Shown: positions 9,619-19,560, numbered from the stretch's first letter. The stretch is 64,000 bases of DNA from an uncultured Acidobacteriota bacterium (GCA_963730155.1 CAVSQV010000002.1:495250-559249), one strand, 5' to 3'. The notes: generated by a model not told the origin, from the letters alone. Numbers and translations are program-made.

Positions 9619-10059
9619 ATGGCTGACCAGGCCGTCCTCAGGGAGGTCACCCTCACTCTCCCGCTGGAGCAGCCCGACGTCGAGATCGCGGCGAGCAACA
9701 CCGCGACCGCCGTCGCCGCGTCGATGGCGATGAGCCCGGATAAGATCGACGAGATCCGTCTGGCCGTGGTGGAGGCGTGCATCAACGCCAAGGAGCACAG
9801 CCGCGCCGACGACCGCCGGGTGCAGATCGTCTGCGAGGTGCTCGGGGAAGGCGCGCCGGAGACCCTGCGTATCACCGTCCACGACAACGGCATCGGTTTC
9901 ACGCCCGCCGCGGTCGAGAAGCCGAAGATCGAGACCAAGCTCCGCGCCCGGGACAAACGGGGTTGGGGCCTCGAGATCATGCGCGGCCTGATGGACGAGG
10001 TCGAGATCCACTCCGGGGACGAAGGCACCACGGTGGTGATGACGAAGGCGAGAGGATGA
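9619..10059 (+). CDS. Anti-sigma-factor-type serine kinase (RsbW/SpoIIAB-like, HATPase_c)
   Basis: The N-box is EACINAKEH, G1 is HDNGIGF and G2 is GWGLEIM. The size of 146 aa fits this family. Confidence 0.8.
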   Translation: MADQAVLREVTLTLPLEQPDVEIAASNTATAVAASMAMSPDKIDEIRLAVVEACINAKEHSRADDRRVQIVCEVLGEGAPETLRITVHDNGIGFTPAAVEKPKIETKLRARDKRGWGLEIMRGLMDEVEIHSGDEGTTVVMTKARG

Positions 10060-10072
10060 TGGGGAAGCGTCG

Positions 10073-10441
10073 ATGACCGAAAGCCTGAAGCTCACCGTCG
10101 ATCCACGCGACGGCGTCGCCATCCTCTTTACCGAGGGGTACATCAACAACGAGGGCGGCGAGCAGATCGCGCGCGCCGCCTACCGCCTGCTCGAGGAGCG
10201 CTACGACACCCTGCTGCTCAACCTGCAGGGGACCAAGATCGTCAACTCGATCGGCATCTCGATCCTGATCGAGATCATCGAGAAGATCCTCGAGATCAAG
10301 GGCCGGCTGGCCTTCTGCTGCCTGACGCCGACGATCGAGAAGACCTTCCACATCATGGGGCTGGCGCAGTACGCGTCGATCTACCCGGACCAGGAGACCG
10401 CGCTCGACGCGCTCGCCGCCGCCCCCAAGCCGAGCGCGTAA
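10073..10441 (+). CDS. STAS-domain anti-sigma-factor antagonist (RsbV/SpoIIAA-like)
   Basis: LLLNLQGTKIVNSIGISILIE carries the conserved phosphorylatable Ser in an N-S-x-G context. The size of 122 aa fits this family. Confidence 0.8.
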   Translation: MTESLKLTVDPRDGVAILFTEGYINNEGGEQIARAAYRLLEERYDTLLLNLQGTKIVNSIGISILIEIIEKILEIKGRLAFCCLTPTIEKTFHIMGLAQYASIYPDQETALDALAAAPKPSA

Positions 10442-10453
10442 CCGGGGCCGCGG

Positions 10454-12127
10454 ATGAGCGCCGAAGCCGCCGCCGCCGTCGCCAACCCCGCCCGGCCCGC
10501 CACCGCCGCCGCGTCCGCCCTCGAGACCTCCGCCGCCGAGCCCGCCGCCGCGGCCTGGCAGGAGCTCGAGCACCTCTCCGGCCGCGAGTCCGGCGAGCGC
10601 GCCTACCTCGGCCGGCTGCTCGACCACTGGCGGCGCGCCCGCGGCGCCTCGGGCGCGGCGCTCTACCTCTGCCGCGACGGCTCCTGCCGGCGCGAGATCG
10701 CGGCCGGCGAGGGGCGCTTCCCGGAGGCGGTCGACGGCGAGCCGCCGCCGGGCTTCACCGCGCTCCGCCTCCCCGAGGGGCTGGCGCTGGCGCTGCCCGC
10801 GGCGCTGCCGCGGCCGGACTCCGGTGCCGCCGCGCCGCTGACGCTCCTCCTCGCCGCCGCGGTGCGCAACCTCCAGCTCGAGCGCCGGCTCAAGGAGCAG
10901 CACTTCCAGGTCAACTACCGCGGCGTCGAGCTGGAAGCGCTCTACGACGTCGGCCTCGCGGTGGCCTCGACCCTCGACCTCGACGCCCTCTCCGACGAAG
11001 TGCTGCTGCGCGCGGTCTCGCTTCTCGACGCCCGCCTCGGCGCGCTCTACCTCTCCGAGGGCGGCGGCTACCGGCTCGACGGCACCTTCGGCGGCTCGGC
11101 GCGCGACGCCTTCCCCGCCGATCTCCCCGGGCTCGAGGAGTTCCTCGACGGGAAGGGGGAGTGCCCCGAGGAGCTCCTGCCCGACGCCCGTCACCTCCTG
11201 GCGGTGCCGATCGAGAGCGACGGCCGGCGGCGCGGCGTGCTCCTGGTCGGCGACAAGGAGAGCCGCCGCGGCGTCGGCCCGTTCGAGGACGACGACCGGC
11301 GGACGCTGTCGCTCTTCGCCAACCAGGCGGCGATCGCGATCGAGAACGCCCAGCTCCACCGCCAGGCGCTCGAGAAGGAGCGCCTCGAGCGCGAGATGGA
11401 GCTGGCGGCCGAGATCCAGCGCGAGATCCTCCCCGACACCCTGCCCGAGCTGGCCGGCTGGGAGCTGACCGGCTGGAACCGCCCGGCGCGCCAGGTCGGC
11501 GGCGACTACTACGACCTGGTGCTGCTCGAGGGCGGGCGGCTCGGCTTCGCGCTCGGCGACGTCACCGGCAAGGGGATGCCGGCGGCGCTCCTGGTCTCGA
11601 CCCTGCACTCGGCGCTGACGCTCCTGCGCGACCGCGGCGACCTGACTCCGGCGCTCGTGGCGCGCCTCAACCGCCACGTCTGCGAGTCGAGCGCGGCGAA
11701 CAAGTTCATCACCCTGATCGTCGCCGAGCTGGACCCGGCGTCCGGCCGGGTGAGCTACGTCAACGCCGGCCACAACGCCGGCTTCGTGGTGCGCGCCGGG
11801 GGCGACGGCGACCGCCGGCTCGAGCGGCTCGGCTCGACCGGCGTGCCGCTCGGCCTCCTCCCCGCCGGTGCCTGGCGCGCCGCGACCGTCGAGCTCGAAC
11901 CGGGCGACCTCCTCTGCCTCTTCTCCGACGGCATCACCGAGTGCGCCGACCGCGCCGACCGCGAGCTGGGCGAGGACCACCTCGGCGAGCTGCTGGCCGC
12001 CCTCCACGCCTCCCCCCTCCCCGAGATCGTCGCCGCGATCGACCGCGCCACCCTCGAGCACGCCGCGGGGCTGCCGCAGCTCGACGATCAGACGGTGGTG
12101 CTGGTCCGGCGGGCGGGGGGCGGGTAG
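10454..12127 (+). CDS. GAF-domain PP2C (SpoIIE/RsbU-type) serine phosphatase
   Basis: PP2C motifs are AAEIQREILP, VGGDYYD, GDVTGKGMPAAL, NAGHN and FSDGITE. The central region is GAF-like (LLAVPIESDGRRRGVLLVGDKE). Confidence 0.85.
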   Translation: MSAEAAAAVANPARPATAAASALETSAAEPAAAAWQELEHLSGRESGERAYLGRLLDHWRRARGASGAALYLCRDGSCRREIAAGEGRFPEAVDGEPPPGFTALRLPEGLALALPAALPRPDSGAAAPLTLLLAAAVRNLQLERRLKEQHFQVNYRGVELEALYDVGLAVASTLDLDALSDEVLLRAVSLLDARLGALYLSEGGGYRLDGTFGGSARDAFPADLPGLEEFLDGKGECPEELLPDARHLLAVPIESDGRRRGVLLVGDKESRRGVGPFEDDDRRTLSLFANQAAIAIENAQLHRQALEKERLEREMELAAEIQREILPDTLPELAGWELTGWNRPARQVGGDYYDLVLLEGGRLGFALGDVTGKGMPAALLVSTLHSALTLLRDRGDLTPALVARLNRHVCESSAANKFITLIVAELDPASGRVSYVNAGHNAGFVVRAGGDGDRRLERLGSTGVPLGLLPAGAWRAATVELEPGDLLCLFSDGITECADRADRELGEDHLGELLAALHASPLPEIVAAIDRATLEHAAGLPQLDDQTVVLVRRAGGG

Positions 12128-12156
12128 CACAGGAGCGATGTTAGGCTGCTACCACC

Positions 12157-13404
12157 ATGGCCGCCTTCGGTCCACCTCCCGCTCGGTTCCTCAAGCATGT
12201 TCAGCTCAACAACATCCGGGCATTCCAGGAGCTCACTCTCGAGATCGAGACGGCGAGCGGGGCTCCGCGGTTTCGCACGCTCCTGATCGGCAGGAACGGC
12301 ACCTGCAAGAGCACGCTCCTGCGTGCCATCGCGCTAGGCCTGGCCGACCACGCGGACGCTCAGGCGATGCTCGCCAGCCCAATCGGCCGGCTGATCGGTC
12401 GAGAAGGTCCCCACGGCCAGATCACCCTGAGCCTCGGGGATCGCCGGGACGAGCTTCCACCGCAGGACAACCTCCGAATCATCAGTAGCTACGGCGACAA
12501 GGAGATCCTGGACGGTGCGTTGGAGCCCGAGCTCGGAGAGACGCCCTTTGTAGTCGCCTACGGTGCCGGACGCTTCTTCAGCGGCGGCGAGCCCTCGAGC
12601 TTTCGCGACTACCGCATGCTCGATGCGGTCGCGGGTCTCTTCAATCACCCCCGACCGCTGACCGATCCAGAGCTCATCCTGCGCCGCCTCCACGACTTCT
12701 TCGGCACCGGCCTCTACGAGCAGACCTTGGCCGGTATCAAGAGGGTCCTCGGCCTCGAGGAGGAGCACGCGATCACGTTCCGGCGCGGCGGCGGCATCGA
12801 GATCACCGGCCCCGGGCTGGCAGGGCCCGTCAGCCTCGACGCCTGGGCCGATGGCTACCGGGTGACCTTCGCCTGGCTACTGGACTTCTACGGCTGGGCG
12901 CTACGGGCGGGGGCGATCGATGACAAGGGAGTGGTCAGCGGCATCCTGCTGGTCGACGAGGTCGATCAGCACCTCCACCCGTCGATGCAGGCACAGATCC
13001 TGCCCCGGCTCTCGGAGCTCCTGCCCCGCGTCCAGATCATCGCCAGCACGCACAGCCCGCTGGTGGCGCTCGGTGCCGAACCCGACGAGCTCGTGGCGCT
13101 TCGCCGGGAGCCCACCGGAGAGGTGGTGGCGGTTCCGCCCCCCGACTTCCGCCTCTACTCGGTCGAGGACATGCTCACCGACGATCGCCTCTTCGCCACC
13201 CCTCCTTACAGCGAGGAAGTCAACGAGAAGACCGAGCGCTACCGGGAACTGCTCGAGATCCCGGTCACCGAACGGGAGCCGCCCCAGGAGCGGGAGCTTC
13301 AGACCCTGGCGCGCCAGCTCACTCCCGCCCCCGATCCCTCGGCGCCCGCGGTCGCGGCGCTCGAGGAGATGAAGGGCATCCTCGCGCGGCACGGTATCGA
13401 GTGA
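12157..13404 (+). CDS. ABC/AAA_21-type ATPase, PtuA-like (Septu defence component A)
   Basis: Walker A is GRNGTCKSTLL, Walker B is ILLVDEVDQHLHP and the H-loop is IIASTHSPLV. The 5' end has reduced G+C (one 60-nt line counted at about 55 %). An HNH gene follows immediately. Confidence 0.7.
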   Translation: MAAFGPPPARFLKHVQLNNIRAFQELTLEIETASGAPRFRTLLIGRNGTCKSTLLRAIALGLADHADAQAMLASPIGRLIGREGPHGQITLSLGDRRDELPPQDNLRIISSYGDKEILDGALEPELGETPFVVAYGAGRFFSGGEPSSFRDYRMLDAVAGLFNHPRPLTDPELILRRLHDFFGTGLYEQTLAGIKRVLGLEEEHAITFRRGGGIEITGPGLAGPVSLDAWADGYRVTFAWLLDFYGWALRAGAIDDKGVVSGILLVDEVDQHLHPSMQAQILPRLSELLPRVQIIASTHSPLVALGAEPDELVALRREPTGEVVAVPPPDFRLYSVEDMLTDDRLFATPPYSEEVNEKTERYRELLEIPVTEREPPQERELQTLARQLTPAPDPSAPAVAALEEMKGILARHGIE

Positions 13405-13411
13405 CGCCTCG

Positions 13412-14245
13412 ATGATCCGGATCGCCCGCGATCGTCTCGACGAGCAGACGGGGCAGCCGATCCGGCCCGACGCCGCCTGGTTCGCCCTCGCCGCGGCCTC
13501 GGAGGAGCAGGCGCTGCAGGACGGCTCCGACCACGTCGGACTGGCCAGCGTCTATGGTGCCGACGCGGTCCGCAAGGCGCTCGAGAAGCTGTTCCACGAC
13601 AAGTGCGCCTACTGTGAGGGCAAGTCGATGGGGCAGGCGGACTGGGACGTCGAACATTTCCGGCCAAAGGGCAGCGTCGCGGAGCGCGACGACCACCCAG
13701 GCTATTACTGGCTCGCCTACGAGTGGGAGAACCTCTATCCCTCCTGCCAGCACTGCAACCAGAAGCGGCGTGATCGCCCGCGTTGGGGCGACCTCTCGGC
13801 GGCGTCCGGCCCGGCCAAGGGCAAGCTCGATCAGTTCCCCTTGGCCACCGAAGCCTTGCGCGCGATGTCGCCGGCCGACGACCATCGCCAGGAGAACCGA
13901 CTCCTGGTCGATCCTTCGACCGACGACCCGGAGGAGCACATCCGATTCGACGTCCACGGCCAAGCGCTGCCGGTCCAGGGGAGCCTACGCGGCGAGGCCT
14001 CGATCGACGTCTTCCATCTGAAGCGGAAGCGGCTTAGTGTCCCGCGCAAGGAGCACGCCCAGAACGTCGCCGGCCTGAAGAAGCTGGTCGACAGACTCGA
14101 AGCGGCCCGCGGGGCGAATGATGCGGCGGTCGCCGAGGCCCGGCGGCTGCTCGAGTCCACCTACCTCGGGGACTGGTGCCCGTACGCCGGCGTAGCCCGC
14201 TGGGTGATCCGGGATCCCGCCGCCTTCGGGCTCGATCCCGGATAG
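13412..14245 (+). CDS. TIGR02646-type HNH endonuclease, PtuB-like (Septu defence component B)
   Basis: The motif is KCAYCEGKSMGQADWDVEHFRPKG...YYWLAYEWENLYPSCQHCNQKRRD. The gap to the upstream ATPase gene is 7 nt. Confidence 0.7.
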   Translation: MIRIARDRLDEQTGQPIRPDAAWFALAAASEEQALQDGSDHVGLASVYGADAVRKALEKLFHDKCAYCEGKSMGQADWDVEHFRPKGSVAERDDHPGYYWLAYEWENLYPSCQHCNQKRRDRPRWGDLSAASGPAKGKLDQFPLATEALRAMSPADDHRQENRLLVDPSTDDPEEHIRFDVHGQALPVQGSLRGEASIDVFHLKRKRLSVPRKEHAQNVAGLKKLVDRLEAARGANDAAVAEARRLLESTYLGDWCPYAGVARWVIRDPAAFGLDPG

Positions 14246-14247
14246 TC

Positions 14248-14649
14248 CTATGCCCTGCGCTCCCCTGCACCGAGCTCCTCGCTGATATCCCGGGCCGCGA
14301 CGAGAACCGCCCCGACTCGGCCCGCGGCGAGGAGCTCGCGCGGAGCGCCTCCGAGGTCGGGGTCCTCGGTGGCGAGCCAGGAGGCGATGGTCCAGCCGGT
14401 GGCCGGCCGCTCCGGGTCGTAGCCGGCGGCGTCGAGGACCTCGCCCAGGCCGGGGAGCGGCGCGCCGTCGCGGAACTGCCAGAGCGGGTAGACCAGCCGC
14501 CCGGTGTCCGTGCGCAGGGCCAGCAGCAGGCGGTCGCGCGGGCTCGGGGAGACCTCCCGAGGATCGTCGTCGCCGAGCAGCGCGGTCACCCCCTCGCTGT
14601 CGAGAAACGGACCGACTTGATCGACCCAGAGAGAGCCGGCGGCGGTCAC
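14248..14649 (-). CDS. Small protein with a DUF2384-like (Xre/MbcA/ParS antitoxin C-terminal-type) domain
   Basis: Motifs are LVYPLWQFRDGAPLPGLGEVL and WTIASWLATEDPDLGGAPRELLAAGRVGAVLVAARDI. The GTG start at 14649 overlaps the TGA of the upstream gene (GTGA). The 1227-aa ORF-track extension upstream is an artefact. Confidence 0.55.
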   Translation of the reverse strand: MTAAGSLWVDQVGPFLDSEGVTALLGDDDPREVSPSPRDRLLLALRTDTGRLVYPLWQFRDGAPLPGLGEVLDAAGYDPERPATGWTIASWLATEDPDLGGAPRELLAAGRVGAVLVAARDISEELGAGERRA

Positions 14650-15983
14650 GACAACCCCCCGACCGGCCCCGGCAGCGCCAGCGCCGGCGCCGTCACCGCC
14701 TCGAGCACGCCGTCGCCGGCGGCCAGGCAGACCGGCTCGGCGCCGAGGCCGGCGACGCGGGACAGGAGATCGAGCAGGCGCCCCTCCCAGGGGCGGTCGG
14801 GGAGCGGGCCGCCGAGGGCGCCGCCGCGGATCTCGCGCAGGCCGCGGGCGGTGGCGCGGAAGCGCAGGCCGCCGGGGTCGAAGCAGCGCAGGTCGTCGAG
14901 CCAGCCGATCCAGACGCCGTCCCCGGCCGCCGCGAGGAGGCCGTCGCGGTCGAGCGCGCGCGCGGTCAGGAACAGGTTGCCCGGGCGCGCGTCGTCGGGG
15001 CCGATCGCGTGGTGGGTCGGCAGCAGGCCGAGCGCGGGCGCCAGCTCGGAGTCGACCGCCGGCGTGCGCAGGACGCCCGCCTCGATCATCACCAGCGGCT
15101 CCTTGCCGGCACCGAAGAAGTCGAACGGGAAGGGCAGGCCGGCGGGATCGCCGGGGCGGTCGGTCAGGGTCAGCGCCGGGTCGAGGGTGCGCTCGCCGAG
15201 GGCGCCTCGGAGCGGCGAGGTGCCGTCGTGGAACGAGCGCGCCGAGAGCGCATGGTGGGCGAGCAGCTCGATCAGGCGCGCCACCGCCTCGGGCGCGAGG
15301 ACGGCGGCGGGATCGGCACCGAGCGCGCCGGGGGCGGCGGCGTCGCCGGCGCGCCGCGAGCGCGCCCGCTCGATCACGTCCGCGGCGGCCAGCGCGGCGA
15401 GCGAGCGGGCCGAGGCGGCGGCCCAGCCGGCGCTCCCGGGGTGGGCATCGTCGCCGCCCGAGCGGACCGTCAGGGTGACGGCGGTGACCTCGGCGGCGCG
15501 GCGGAGGTCGCGGCTGTTGGCGGCCACGATCCGCATCTCGGCCCACTCGAGGCGCCCGCGCTCGTCGCGCTCGAGCCGCTCGGCGAGGAACGCCGCGCCG
15601 GCCTCGGGGGTCAGCCCGGCGAGCGCCGGGTCCCAGGAGCCCTCGGGCGGCTCGAGCGGTGGTCCCTTGGGGGTGAGCGGCGGGCGGTGCGCCGGCGGCG
15701 GGTCGACCTTGGCCTGCGCCAGCGCGTAGCGGACGGCGTTGTCCAGCTCGCCGGGCGAGCCGGCGCCGGTGCGGTGGACGCCCATCCGGCCGCGCTCGAA
15801 CACCCGCACCAGGACGCCGCGCTCGCGCGCCGGCGGCGCCGCCGGCCGGGCGCCCGGGGAGCCGGCGGCGGCGCGCGCCACCTCGTGGAAGACGATCTCG
15901 GTCTCGTCGGCGGGCGAGGCCGCCAGCGCGGCGTCGAGGCGGTCGAGGATGTCGCCCTGCGAAGTCAGCTCGGCGCCGTGCAC
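14646..15983 (-). CDS. TldD/PmbA-family protein (putative metalloprotease)
   Basis: Length is 445 aa. The C-terminal region (GNLFLTARALDRDGLLAAAGDGVWIGWLDDLRCFDPGGLRFRATARGLREIRGGALGGPL) follows the PmbA/TldD C-terminal pattern. Confidence 0.6.
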   Translation of the reverse strand: MHGAELTSQGDILDRLDAALAASPADETEIVFHEVARAAAGSPGARPAAPPARERGVLVRVFERGRMGVHRTGAGSPGELDNAVRYALAQAKVDPPPAHRPPLTPKGPPLEPPEGSWDPALAGLTPEAGAAFLAERLERDERGRLEWAEMRIVAANSRDLRRAAEVTAVTLTVRSGGDDAHPGSAGWAAASARSLAALAAADVIERARSRRAGDAAAPGALGADPAAVLAPEAVARLIELLAHHALSARSFHDGTSPLRGALGERTLDPALTLTDRPGDPAGLPFPFDFFGAGKEPLVMIEAGVLRTPAVDSELAPALGLLPTHHAIGPDDARPGNLFLTARALDRDGLLAAAGDGVWIGWLDDLRCFDPGGLRFRATARGLREIRGGALGGPLPDRPWEGRLLDLLSRVAGLGAEPVCLAAGDGVLEAVTAPALALPGPVGGLS

Positions 15984-16158
15984 GGCCGCAGCTTAGCAAC
16001 TCGCCGCGGGCTCCGGGCGGACCCCGGTCCGTGGCTTGTCCTTTGCAGCTCAAGGCGGCAGAATGGCGCCCGGAAACGCCCGCGGCACCTGCTCCTGAAC
16101 GGCTGGTCCGGCCCCCCGGCCGGCACGCCGCGAGGCCTTCGAGGAGTCCCGACACGCG

Positions 16159-17979
16159 ATGCGACGCCCTGACCCCGCCCTGCCCGAAGCCCAGCGCCCG
16201 AACGGCTTTCGCCGCCGCCCGGGGCGCCCGCGGAGGCTCTCGATCGTGACCGCCGGGCTCGCGGCCGCCGCTTTCGCCGTGCCCGCCGCCTGGCCTGACG
16301 CCTCGGCCCGGGAGGACGCCGCCGCCGCCCCGGCGCCGCGCCCAGAGGACGCCGCCGACCTCATCCTGCGGCAGGGGGTGTTCTACCCGGTCGAGCCCGC
16401 GGCGCCGGTCGAGGGGAGCCTGGCGGTGCGCGGCGGGCGGATCGTCTACCTCGGGCCGGACGCCGGCGCCGCGGCGCTGGCCGGCCCCGGCACCGAGGTG
16501 ATCGAGCTGGGCGGCCGCGCCGTCACCCCGGGGCTGATCGACGCCCACTCCCACCTCGCCGGCCTCGGCGCCGCGCTCGAGCAGGTCGACCTGGTCGGCA
16601 CCGGCAGCTACGCCGAGGTGATCGGGCGGATCGCCGCCGCCGCCGCCGCGCTCCCGGCGGGGAGCTGGGTCCTCGGCCGCGGCTGGGATCAGAACGACTG
16701 GCCCGAGCCCGCCTTCCCGCACCACCGCGAGCTGTCGGCGGCGGTCCCCGGCCACCCGGTGTGGGTGACCCGGATCGACGGCCACGCCGCCCTGATCAAC
16801 GCCCGCGCGATCGCGGCGCTGGGCATCGACGCCGGCACGCCCGACCCCTCCGGCGGCCGCTTCCTGCGCGACGAGGCGGGGGAGCCGAGCGGCGTCCTGA
16901 TCGACCACGCGATGGGCGCCGTGCGCGGGCTCATCCCGCCGCCGTCCGCCGCCGACGTCGAGCGCCGGCTCGCCGCCGCCGCTCGCCACTGCCTCGAGCG
17001 CGGACTGACCACGGTCACCGACATGGGGGTCGGCGAGCCCGAGATCGCCGCCTACCAGGCGCTCGCCGCCGCCGGCCGGCTGCCGCTCCGCGCCGGCCTC
17101 TTCCTCGGCGACGACACCGACCTCCTCGCCGGCTGGTTCGCCCGCGGCCCGGCCGCCGACCCCGCCGGCCGCTGGACCCTCCGCGGGGTCAAGCTCTACG
17201 CCGACGGCGCCCTCGGCAGCCGCGGCGCGGCGCTGGTCGAGCCGTACAGCGACGACCCCGGCAACCTCGGTCTCCTGACCGCCTCCGGCGACCACCTGCG
17301 CGACGTCGCCGGGCGCGCGCTCGCGGCCGGCTTCCAGGTCGCGATCCACGCGATCGGCGACCGCGGCAAGCTGGTCGCGCTCGACGCGCTGGAGGCCGCG
17401 CTCGGCGGGCCGCGCCCCGAGGCGCGCTTCCGCGTCGAGCACGCCCAGGTGATGCGCCTCGCCGACCTCGAGCGGATGGCGCGCCTCGGGGTGATCGCCT
17501 CGATGCAGCCGACCCACGCCACCTCGGACATGCCGTGGGCGGGCGCGCGGGTGGGCGAGCGGCGGCTGGCCGGCGCCTACGCCTGGCGCAAGGTGCTCGA
17601 CGCCGGCGGCCGGCTCGCGCTGGGGAGCGACTTCCCGGTCGAGAGCGCCGATCCGCGCCTCGGCCTCTACGCTGCGGTCACGCGCCAGGACCTCGCCGGC
17701 GAGCCCGCGGGCGGCTGGCTCCCGGGCGAGCGGCTGACCCGGGCGGAGGCGCTCCGCGGCTTCACCCTCGACGCCGCCTGGTCGCTCTTCCTCGCGGACG
17801 AGATCGGCTCGCTCGAGCCGGGCAAGCGCGCCGATCTGGTGGTCTGCGGGCGCGACCCGATGACCGTGCCCGAGGCCGAGATCGCGGCCGCCGAGATCGA
17901 CCTCGTGCTGGTCGACGGCGCGGTCGCCCACCGCCGGGCCGACGGCGGGGCGGGCGCCGGAGCGGAGGGCGGGCGATGA
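16159..17979 (+). CDS. Exported amidohydrolase-3 (YtcJ-like) metal-dependent hydrolase
   Basis: Motifs are [22 protein letters not shown] and [11 protein letters not shown]. The N-terminus has a twin-Arg-like signal, [33 protein letters not shown]. Confidence 0.8.
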   Translation: MRRPDPALPEAQRPNGFRRRPGRPRRLSIVTAGLAAAAFAVPAAWPDASAREDAAAAPAPRPEDAADLILRQGVFYPVEPAAPVEGSLAVRGGRIVYLGPDAGAAALAGPGTEVIELGGRAVTPGLIDAHSHLAGLGAALEQVDLVGTGSYAEVIGRIAAAAAALPAGSWVLGRGWDQNDWPEPAFPHHRELSAAVPGHPVWVTRIDGHAALINARAIAALGIDAGTPDPSGGRFLRDEAGEPSGVLIDHAMGAVRGLIPPPSAADVERRLAAAARHCLERGLTTVTDMGVGEPEIAAYQALAAAGRLPLRAGLFLGDDTDLLAGWFARGPAADPAGRWTLRGVKLYADGALGSRGAALVEPYSDDPGNLGLLTASGDHLRDVAGRALAAGFQVAIHAIGDRGKLVALDALEAALGGPRPEARFRVEHAQVMRLADLERMARLGVIASMQPTHATSDMPWAGARVGERRLAGAYAWRKVLDAGGRLALGSDFPVESADPRLGLYAAVTRQDLAGEPAGGWLPGERLTRAEALRGFTLDAAWSLFLADEIGSLEPGKRADLVVCGRDPMTVPEAEIAAAEIDLVLVDGAVAHRRADGGAGAGAEGGR

Positions 17980-18776
17980 GCCGCCGCCGTCGCGTCGCGC
18001 GCGCCGCCGCCGTAGCCCTGGCGCTCCTGGCGTTCCCGGCCGTCGCGCCGGCCCAGCAGAGCCTGCGCCAGAGCCCGGTGCGGCCGGCGCCGCCGATCTT
18101 CGCGCCGCCCGCGGCTCCCGAGGCCCCCGGCACCTACGCCGAACGGCGCCAGCGCATGGTCGCCGCGCTCAGCCGGGTGCACGACATCGACGAGCCGGCG
18201 GTGCTGCGCGCGATGGCCGAGGTGCCGCGCCACCTGTTCGTGCCCGAGGCCTACCGCGACCAGGCCTACGAGGACGTGCCGCTGCCGATGGGCTGGGGGC
18301 AGACCGTCTACCAGCCCTACATCGTGGCGCTGATGACCTCGCTCCTCGACCTCGAGCCGGGCGACGTCGTGCTCGAGATCGGCACCGGTTCGGGCTACCA
18401 CACCGCGGTCTTGTCGCGGGTCGCCGGGCGGGTCTACTCGATCGAGATCAGCGAGCCGATCGCCGAGCGCGCGCGCGAGCGGCTCGACTCGCTCGGCTAC
18501 CGCAACGTCGAGATGCGGGTCGGCGACGGCTACGAGGGGTGGGCCGAGAAGGGGCCGTTCGACGCCATCATCCTGACCGCCGCGCCGCCCCACCTGCCGC
18601 AGCCGCTGCTCGACCAGCTCAAGGAGGGCGGCAAGATGGTGGCGCCGGTCGGCGAGTACTTCCAGGACCTGCGGGTGATCACCAAGACCCACGAGGGGCT
18701 CGAGACCGCGAGCGTGATCCCGGTGCGCGTGTCGCCGATGACCGGCGAGGTGCGCGACGGGGGCGGCCGGCGCTGA
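17976..18776 (+). CDS. pcm: Protein-L-isoaspartate O-methyltransferase with an N-terminal signal peptide
   Basis: Motifs are [54 protein letters not shown] and [11 protein letters not shown]. The N-terminus reads [28 protein letters not shown]. The start overlaps the upstream stop (ATGA). Confidence 0.85.
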   Translation: MSRRRRVARAAAVALALLAFPAVAPAQQSLRQSPVRPAPPIFAPPAAPEAPGTYAERRQRMVAALSRVHDIDEPAVLRAMAEVPRHLFVPEAYRDQAYEDVPLPMGWGQTVYQPYIVALMTSLLDLEPGDVVLEIGTGSGYHTAVLSRVAGRVYSIEISEPIAERARERLDSLGYRNVEMRVGDGYEGWAEKGPFDAIILTAAPPHLPQPLLDQLKEGGKMVAPVGEYFQDLRVITKTHEGLETASVIPVRVSPMTGEVRDGGGRR

Positions 18777-19525
18777 TGCGCGCGGCGGCGGCCTTGCTGG
18801 CGGCCGCGGCGGCGATCGCGGCCTGCGCCGGCGCCCACCCGGGCGACGGCGGGAAGAGCGCCCCGGCCGCCGCCGGCGCCAACGCCGAGGCGACCTTCGC
18901 CGCCGAGCGCGAGCGGATGGTCGAGAGCCAGATCCGCGGCCGCGGCCTCGCCGACGAGCGGGTGCTGGCGGCGATGCGCGAGGTGCCCCGCCACCGCTTC
19001 GTCCCTGATGCCGAGCGCGCCCGGGCCTACGCCGACCGGCCGCTGCCGATCGGCTGGGACCAGACCATCTCGCAGCCCTACATCGTCGCCCTGATGTGCG
19101 CGAAGCTCGCGCTCGAACCGGGGGCCCGCGTGCTCGAGGTCGGCACCGGCTCGGGCTACCACGCCGCGGTGCTCTCGCGCCTCGCGGCCGAGGTCTACTC
19201 GATCGAGATCGTCGAGCCGCTCGCCCTCCGCGCCGGCGCGACGCTCGCCGAGCTGGGCTACGGCAACGTCCACGTCCGCGCCGGCGACGGCTACGGCGGC
19301 TGGCCGGACGCGGCGCCGTTCGACGCCATCGTCCTGACCGCCGCGCCTCCCGAGATCCCGGCGCCGCTGCTCGACCAGCTCGCCCTCGGCGGCCGCCTGG
19401 TGGCGCCGGTCGGCGACGGCTGGAGCCAGGAGCTCCAGGTCGTCACCCGCACCGCGGACGGCTTCCACCGGGAGACCGTGGCGCCGGTGCGCTTCGTGCC
19501 GATGACGGGCAAGGCTCAAGGATAG
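18776..19525 (+). CDS. pcm: Protein-L-isoaspartate O-methyltransferase paralogue with a lipoprotein-type signal
   Basis: Motifs are [54 protein letters not shown] and [11 protein letters not shown]. The N-terminus reads [19 protein letters not shown]. The start overlaps the stop of pcm copy 1 (TGATG). Confidence 0.85.
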   Translation: MRAAAALLAAAAAIAACAGAHPGDGGKSAPAAAGANAEATFAAERERMVESQIRGRGLADERVLAAMREVPRHRFVPDAERARAYADRPLPIGWDQTISQPYIVALMCAKLALEPGARVLEVGTGSGYHAAVLSRLAAEVYSIEIVEPLALRAGATLAELGYGNVHVRAGDGYGGWPDAAPFDAIVLTAAPPEIPAPLLDQLALGGRLVAPVGDGWSQELQVVTRTADGFHRETVAPVRFVPMTGKAQG

Positions 19526-19560
19526 CTGCTCGCCCGGGTGGTAGTGTCCGCTCACTCCGG

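Noticed and set aside
14650-17931. The upstream 1094 codons of the 1227-aa minus-strand ORF 14248..17931
   Set aside because: The composition is dominated by Arg/Gly/Pro/Ala runs, which is typical of off-frame translation of high-G+C DNA. The region is fully covered by ORFs with clear domains: PmbA/TldD-like on the minus strand in another frame, and amidohydrolase on the plus strand. Only the last 133 codons, from the GTG at 14649, look like a real protein.
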